64,000 nt of DNA, taken from an uncultured Gemmatimonadales bacterium. Lineage in GTDB: Bacteria > Gemmatimonadota > Gemmatimonadetes > Longimicrobiales > RSA9. The stretch is from assembly GCA_963816355.1 (NCBI GenBank), contig CAWFKH010000003.1, positions 1,344,001-1,408,000 of the forward strand, read 5' to 3'. The position numbers and the translations under genes were made by a program. Each line of letters opens with the position of its first letter. The stretch's first letter is position 1. Below the pieces are notes generated by a model, which had not been told where the DNA came from, made no database searches, and saw only the letters and a list, made by a program, of their open reading frames with translations. Positions 58,856-64,000 of this stretch are shown here, in pieces.

Positions 58856-59947
58856 TCAGGGACGGCCGTGGGGGAAGCGCGCCGCCCGCGCAGCGCGCGC
58901 GGCAAGGGCGGCGGCGATCGTCTCGAGCCGCAGCACGGCACGGGCCGCGGCGCGCGCCGCCTTCGGCATGCCAAAGACGACGGCGGTCGACTCGTCCTCC
59001 GCGATCGTCCAGCCGCCGGCCCGCCGCACGGCCTCGAGCCCGATCGCGCCATCTCGGCCCATGCCGGTGAGCACGACGCCGACGGCGCGAGGACCGTAGC
59101 ACGCGGCCAGGGTGCGCAGCAGGGGATCGGCGGCCGGTCGCACGCCGCCGCGCGGGGGGCCGTCCTCGAGCCGGAATCGTGCCTCGCCGTCGTCGCGCCG
59201 CAGCACGAGGTGCCGTCCGCCGGGGGCGACGTGGATGTGGCCCGCGCGAGGCGGCTCGCCGTCCTCGGCCTCCGCCGCGGTGAGCGGCCCGACTTCGGCG
59301 AGGCGCGCCGCGAAGGAGCGCGTGAACGACGCCGGCATGTGCTGCACCACCACGACCGAGCCCGCGAAGTCGGCGGGGAGCCGGGCCGCGAGCCGGAGCA
59401 GGGCGCGCGGCCCGCCCGTGGAGGCCGCGACGCCCACCACGATCGCCGGCGGCCTGTCCAGCGCGCGGCGCGGCGGACGCCCCGTCGCCGGCGGCTCCTC
59501 CGCTGCCGGCGCGGCCAGCGAAGTGACGCGGGCGAGCGAGGCGGCGCGGAGCGCGGCGAGAAGGCGCACCTGCAGCGCCGCCGCGTCGCCGCCATCCTTC
59601 AGGACGTAGTCGACGGCGCCGAGCTCGAGCGCGCGCAGCGTCGGCGTGGCGCCGTCGTGCGCGTGGGCCGAGAGCACGACGACCGGGCGGGGCGCCTCGC
59701 TCATGATGTAGGCGAGCGCATCGAGGCCGCCCAGCTCGGGCATCTCGAGGTCGAGGGTGATCAGGTCCGGCGCGGCGTCGTGGACGCGGCGAATCGCCTC
59801 GTAGCCGTTGGCCGCGGTGGCGACGACGCGGAACTCGGCGCTGGCGTCGATGGCGCCACGCACCATCGCTCGCACGAGTGGGCTGTCGTCCACGACGAGG
59901 ACCGACGCGGGGCCCTCACGCTCGCCTCGGGCGTCGTTCGCGCTCAT
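58856..59947 (-). CDS. cheB: Chemotaxis response regulator methylesterase CheB
   Basis: REC (VLVVDDS, TLDLEMP), ASTGGP, VQHMP, LTGMGRDG, VFGMP. Confidence 0.95.
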   Translation of the reverse strand: MSANDARGEREGPASVLVVDDSPLVRAMVRGAIDASAEFRVVATAANGYEAIRRVHDAAPDLITLDLEMPELGGLDALAYIMSEAPRPVVVLSAHAHDGATPTLRALELGAVDYVLKDGGDAAALQVRLLAALRAASLARVTSLAAPAAEEPPATGRPPRRALDRPPAIVVGVAASTGGPRALLRLAARLPADFAGSVVVVQHMPASFTRSFAARLAEVGPLTAAEAEDGEPPRAGHIHVAPGGRHLVLRRDDGEARFRLEDGPPRGGVRPAADPLLRTLAACYGPRAVGVVLTGMGRDGAIGLEAVRRAGGWTIAEDESTAVVFGMPKAARAAARAVLRLETIAAALAARAARAARFPHGRP

Positions 59948-60876
59948 CGCTTCCTGTAGATCCGCTCCCGCGGATGGGCCGCGAGAAACTGCCGCAGGGC
60001 GCCGTCGAAGAGCGTCTCGGCCTTGCCCAGGACGAGGAAGCCGCCGGGCGCTAGCGCGGCGTGGAAGCGCTCGAAGAGTCGCCGCTGGACCGGCCGCTCG
60101 AGATAGATGAGGAGGTTGCGGCAGAGAATGAGGTGGACGTCGCGCGGAAAAGGCATCGTGAGCAGGTCCTCCGCGCGGAATTCGACCGATTCGCGCGCCG
60201 CCGGATCCAGACGGAACGGTGGACCTCCCGAGAACCACCGCGCTCGTCGCTCCGCATCGGTGTCGGCAAACGCCGGGTCGCCGTACTCGGCGGTGCGGGC
60301 GCGCTGAAGCGCGTCCTCCGCGATGTCGGTCGCCATGATGCGGAGCCGGCCGGCGAGCCCTGGATCGCCATACGTGTCGGCGACCTCGCGCGCGACGATC
60401 GCCAGCGAATACGGTTCCTCGCCCGCCGCCGAACCGGCGCTCCACGCGAGCACTTCACCGCTCACCGTCTCGAACAGCTCCGGAACGACGCTGGAGGCGA
60501 TCACGTCCCACACCTCCGGATTCCGGAAGAACTTGCTCACGTTGATCATCATGGCGCGAACGAGGCGTTCGCGCTCCTCGGGCTCGCGCTCGACGAGGCG
60601 CGTGTACTCTGCGTAGGTGCTGGCGCGGCGCGCGCGCATGCGTACGCCAATGCGGCGGCGGAGGCACCGTTCCTTGTAGTCGCCGCAGCGGACCCCGGTG
60701 GTGCGCTCGACGGCCTGACGCAGGCCTTCGAGCTCCGCGAGCTCCGCGGCGTCGATGTCGCCGTAGGCCAGGCGCAGCACGCCCTCCAGCGCTACCGCGC
60801 CCGGTGCCGCAGTGGCGTCGTGGCCGCGCGCGTCGCCCCGCGCGTCGCCCCGCGGGCCGCCGTCCTCACCGGGCAT
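59944..60876 (-). CDS. cheR: Chemotaxis methyltransferase CheR
   Basis: YKERCLRRR, INVSKFFRN, WSAGSAAGEEPYSLA, ATDI, ILCRNLLIY, LVLGKAE. Confidence 0.95.
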   Translation of the reverse strand: MPGEDGGPRGDARGDARGHDATAAPGAVALEGVLRLAYGDIDAAELAELEGLRQAVERTTGVRCGDYKERCLRRRIGVRMRARRASTYAEYTRLVEREPEERERLVRAMMINVSKFFRNPEVWDVIASSVVPELFETVSGEVLAWSAGSAAGEEPYSLAIVAREVADTYGDPGLAGRLRIMATDIAEDALQRARTAEYGDPAFADTDAERRARWFSGGPPFRLDPAARESVEFRAEDLLTMPFPRDVHLILCRNLLIYLERPVQRRLFERFHAALAPGGFLVLGKAETLFDGALRQFLAAHPRERIYRKR

Positions 60877-62485
60877 GGCCGGCGACCTCGAGGTTCTTCC
60901 GCACGACGTCGTTGTCCGGGTTCAGCTCGAGCGCCCGCCGCCACGACGCGACGGCCGCCTCCGTCTCGCGCCGCTTGAAATGGAGGTTGCCGAGGCGAGC
61001 ATACACGTCGTCGCCGAGGGCGGGAGCGAGGCGGACGGCGCGGCGGAAGTGGTCGAGCGCCTCCTCGTGCTGGCCGCGCCGGTAGGCGATGTCGCCCAGG
61101 TTCTTCTGCGCCTGCGGGAGCGCGGGGTCCTCTTCCGCGGCGCGTCGGTTCATGTTCTCCGCCTCGTCGAGGTCCCCCCGCCGCTCCGCGAGGCAGCCGG
61201 CGAGCACGAGGAGCGGGGAGCTGTCGGGGTGCCTCGAGAGCCCCTCCGCGACGACGGCGTCGGCGTCGGCGAGCCGGCCGCGCAGCGCGTGCGCAAGCGC
61301 GAGCGCGTGGAAATAGGCGGCGCCCGGGACGGCGGCGCCCAGACGCGAACGGTGCGCCCGCAAATCGTCCTCCGCGGCACGCGCGGCGCCGGAGCGCAGG
61401 TGGATGGACGCGCGCAGGAGCGGAACTTCAGGGCGCTCCGCGCCTCTTTCCTCCGCCTGGCCGAGGGCGAGCAGCGCCTCGGAATCGCGGCCGAGGCCCG
61501 CGAGCGCGACGGCGATATGGTAGAAAGCGAAGTAGGAGGGTCCGGTCGTCTCGACGATGCGCTTGAGGCGCCGCAGCGCCTCGATCCAGCGCCGCTCGTG
61601 CAGCGCGATGAGCGCGAGGTGGAGGCGCGCGACGCGATCCTCGGCGCGCAGGGTGAGGACGCGTTCGAACTCGCGGCGCGCGTCGACGTGGAGACCGCTG
61701 CGGAAGAACGCAACCCCGAGGTTGCGGTGCTCCTCGATCTCCGCCTCCCGCGCCCGCGGCAGGGGCGGGGCGGCGCGACGGCTGCTGCGGACTGCGAATC
61801 CCGCCTGCAGCAGCCCGTAGACCGCCTTGCCGACCTCGAACTCGACGAGCCCGCTCACATCCGCGACGTCGCGCAGCGTGCGGTGCCCGTCGACGAACGG
61901 GATGATCTGCCGCTGCGACTCGGTGAGCTCGACGTCCGCGCCGCGCAAGCGGTCGTGGTCGATGCGGAAGACGAGGTCGAGCGAAGGGATCTTCTTCTCG
62001 ATCACGCTCCACTCGTCGACGCGTCGTGCTCCCTCCAGCAGGAGCGTCTCCGGATTGATCGCCACGAGGATGTCGGCGTCGTCCGGGCGCTCGTCCGATT
62101 CGAAGAAGAAGCTGCCGCGAGACCACGTGAACAGGTAGTAGATCGCCTCCTGGATCTGCAGGCGGATGAAGCGCTCGAGCTGGTCGCGCGTGATGCGGCT
62201 GCGTTCCAGGAGGATCTGACCGAGCCGCGCCTCCGGCCGCCGCCCCTGTTCCGCCACCGCATCCTGCAGCGTCGCGTGGTCGATGATGCCGGCGCCCACC
62301 AGCAGGTCCCCGAGCCGGTCGCGTCGATTGACGATGCGCGCGTACGTCACGCGTCCGCGGTCGAAATAGATCTGGCCGAAGTTGGAGCGATCGGTCACGG
62401 ACAGGCAGCCGGTCTTGCCGCCGAGCGCCAGGAGCTGGCACACGTCCGCCAGACTCGCTTCCCGGAGGCTCCCCTTGATCGCCAT
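60866..62485 (-). CDS. DUF4388 (PatA-N-like) + MshEN-like motif + TPR protein
   Basis: MAIKGSLREASLADVCQLL..KTGCL, RLGDLL..RLGQIL, LLLEGARRVDEW, C-terminal TPRs (HRNLGVAFF, KNLGDIAY, ARLGNLHF, RALELNP). Confidence 0.88.
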   Translation of the reverse strand: MAIKGSLREASLADVCQLLALGGKTGCLSVTDRSNFGQIYFDRGRVTYARIVNRRDRLGDLLVGAGIIDHATLQDAVAEQGRRPEARLGQILLERSRITRDQLERFIRLQIQEAIYYLFTWSRGSFFFESDERPDDADILVAINPETLLLEGARRVDEWSVIEKKIPSLDLVFRIDHDRLRGADVELTESQRQIIPFVDGHRTLRDVADVSGLVEFEVGKAVYGLLQAGFAVRSSRRAAPPLPRAREAEIEEHRNLGVAFFRSGLHVDARREFERVLTLRAEDRVARLHLALIALHERRWIEALRRLKRIVETTGPSYFAFYHIAVALAGLGRDSEALLALGQAEERGAERPEVPLLRASIHLRSGAARAAEDDLRAHRSRLGAAVPGAAYFHALALAHALRGRLADADAVVAEGLSRHPDSSPLLVLAGCLAERRGDLDEAENMNRRAAEEDPALPQAQKNLGDIAYRRGQHEEALDHFRRAVRLAPALGDDVYARLGNLHFKRRETEAAVASWRRALELNPDNDVVRKNLEVAGHAR

Positions 62486-62486
62486 C

Positions 62487-64000
62487 TCAGTCGACGTCCG
62501 CGAGGAGGATGTCCTCCATGTACGGCCACTCCCACACCACCTTCTCGCGGCTGCGGAACCACTCGTCCAGCCGGGCGCCTCCGCCGACCACCGCCGGCGC
62601 GGCCCCGCGCCCACCCTCGCCCGGCGCGCGACGCGAGGCAGGGTCCTTCGCCGTCGCCGCCGCGGAGCCGGCGCGAGGCGGTGATCCCGGGCCGGTCCGT
62701 GGGGCCGCCACGCGACCGGCGCCCGACGCCGCGGCACCGTCGGCGCGAACGCCCGGGTCGGGGGGCATCGCGGCCGCCCAGGCGGCGTCCACGGCGGTGT
62801 CGACCGGCTCCTCGACCTCGACCACGAGGCCGGCAGCGAGACGCGTTCTCAGTCGTTCATCCATGCCGACCAGACTCGCCGGCGGGGCCGCGGCGGAGAA
62901 CACGAGCTGGCCGCCGCTGCGCTGCAGGGCGTCGAAGAGGTGGAAGAGCTCTTCCTGGGCCCGTTCGGTCCCCGCCAGCGCGTCGACGCGCTCGACGACC
63001 AGCACGCGGGCCCGGCGGTAGCGCTGGCGCCAGCTCTCCGCGCGGTTGTGCTCGAGGGAACGGATCAGCTCGGCCGCGAAGTTCGGTGCTTCGATGTACG
63101 CGAGTGGCAGATCCGGGTGCCGGCGCGCGATCTGCTTCGCGAGCGCGACGAGGAGCGCGCGCGACGCGGCGTCGTCGCTTGCGTGGACGAAGAGCGGATT
63201 GTAGCGCTCACCCGGCCTCTCCGCGACGGCGAGGGCGGCACGGGCGGCGAGGGATCCGGTGTCGAGGGCCGCTGCTTCCGGGCCGATCTCCGCGGGCGGC
63301 CCAGGCAGCGGAAGCATCCTCTCGCGCGCTTCCGCCAGCAGCTGCTCGGCCGCGGCGATGCGATCCGGGTCGCGCAGGATCTCGTGGCGCGCCAGCTCCG
63401 GCCCGTCGGGGTCGAGCGCCTGCAGCTCGCCCCCGACCTCGCGCAGGCGTTCGACGTCGCGCTCGAAGGCACGCACGAGCACCTCGACCTCGGCGAGCGG
63501 CAGCGCTTCCGGCAGCGCGTGCTCCAGCCGACGCGTGCGGTATCCCTCGGCCTCCCAGCGGAGGATGGCGTCGGCGAGCTGCTGCTCGCCCGGCGCCGGC
63601 GCGATCACCTGGGCGACGGCCTCGGTGATGTCGGCGATGAACGCGCCGAACTCATCGCCGGCGTCGCTGGCGCCGGCGGCGGCGGCGGGGCGGCCGAGCA
63701 GGTCGAAGACCTCGTCCGCCAGCACGCGGCGGTCCTCCAGCTCCTGCAGGGCGACGACGCGGTTGAGCGCGCCGTGCAGCTCGCGGACGTTGGTGAACGA
63801 GATGCGCGCGAGCGCTTCCGCGACGCCGTCCTCGAGGAGCTGCGTCGATTCGGCCGCCTTGCGCCGGATGATCGCGACGCGCGTCTCGTAGTCCGGCGCT
63901 CCCATGTCCACGATGAGGCCGCCCGAGAAGCGGGAGAGGAGGCGGTCGTCCAGGCCATCCATCTCCTGGGGCGGCCGGTCGCTGGCGAGCACGAGCTGGC
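62487..64000 (-). CDS. DnaA/Hda-like protein with tandem AAA+ modules (5' end outside window)
   Basis: Module 1 end: ASDRPP, DRLLSRFSGGL, PDYETRVAI, NVRELHGAL; module 2: YNPLFVH, QEELFHLFDAL, ERLRTRLAAGL. Confidence 0.85.
   Translation of the reverse strand, partial: QLVLASDRPPQEMDGLDDRLLSRFSGGLIVDMGAPDYETRVAIIRRKAAESTQLLEDGVAEALARISFTNVRELHGALNRVVALQELEDRRVLADEVFDLLGRPAAAAGASDAGDEFGAFIADITEAVAQVIAPAPGEQQLADAILRWEAEGYRTRRLEHALPEALPLAEVEVLVRAFERDVERLREVGGELQALDPDGPELARHEILRDPDRIAAAEQLLAEARERMLPLPGPPAEIGPEAAALDTGSLAARAALAVAERPGERYNPLFVHASDDAASRALLVALAKQIARRHPDLPLAYIEAPNFAAELIRSLEHNRAESWRQRYRRARVLVVERVDALAGTERAQEELFHLFDALQRSGGQLVFSAAAPPASLVGMDERLRTRLAAGLVVEVEEPVDTAVDAAWAAAMPPDPGVRADGAAASGAGRVAAPRTGPGSPPRAGSAAATAKDPASRRAPGEGGRGAAPAVVGGGARLDEWFRSREKVVWEWPYMEDILLADVD

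Noticed and set aside
62487..64000. Canonical dnaA/oriC region
   Set aside because: No domain IV, no dnaN downstream, and no AT-rich region or DnaA-box cluster seen.

Overview
A very GC-rich (about 70%+ by eye) bacterial chromosomal segment. The gene repertoire suggests a Gemmatimonadota-like lineage (inference only). Left half: partial mazG, asnS, a lipoprotein with a sigma54-type promoter, then a long minus-strand run with the dcw cluster (mraZ-rsmH-ftsL-ftsI-murE-murF-mraY-murD-ftsW-murG-murC-ftsQ-ftsA-ftsZ, lacking murB and ddl) continuing into an M23 peptidase, a VWA membrane protein, ftsY and recG. A sigma70 promoter with phased MraZ boxes heads the cluster. Middle: lipid kinase, secreted TPR protein, an MCP, GlpD, an amidohydrolase, a ctpA-cbiMQO-corA run, a ferric-reductase-like membrane protein and an IS1595-type element. 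The element keeps inverted ends and an intact ORF but has lost all three catalytic residues. Next is a MacAB-TolC-like exporter with two ATPases and one duplicated permease, plus an NtrC-type two-component system and divergent sigma54-like promoters. Right: PspB-like protein with an ECF-type promoter, MFS, SPW protein, TreT-like glycosyltransferase, OmpA lipoprotein and tRNA-Val(TAC). The best candidate for an undescribed system is at the right edge: a tightly coupled operon of a tandem DnaA-like AAA+ protein (second module degenerate, no DNA-binding domain IV), a DUF4388/MshEN/TPR protein, CheR, CheB, a zinc-peptidase-like protein and a small membrane protein. No CRISPR array, rRNA or prophage was seen. 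All calls come from motif recognition by eye; no database searches were run.
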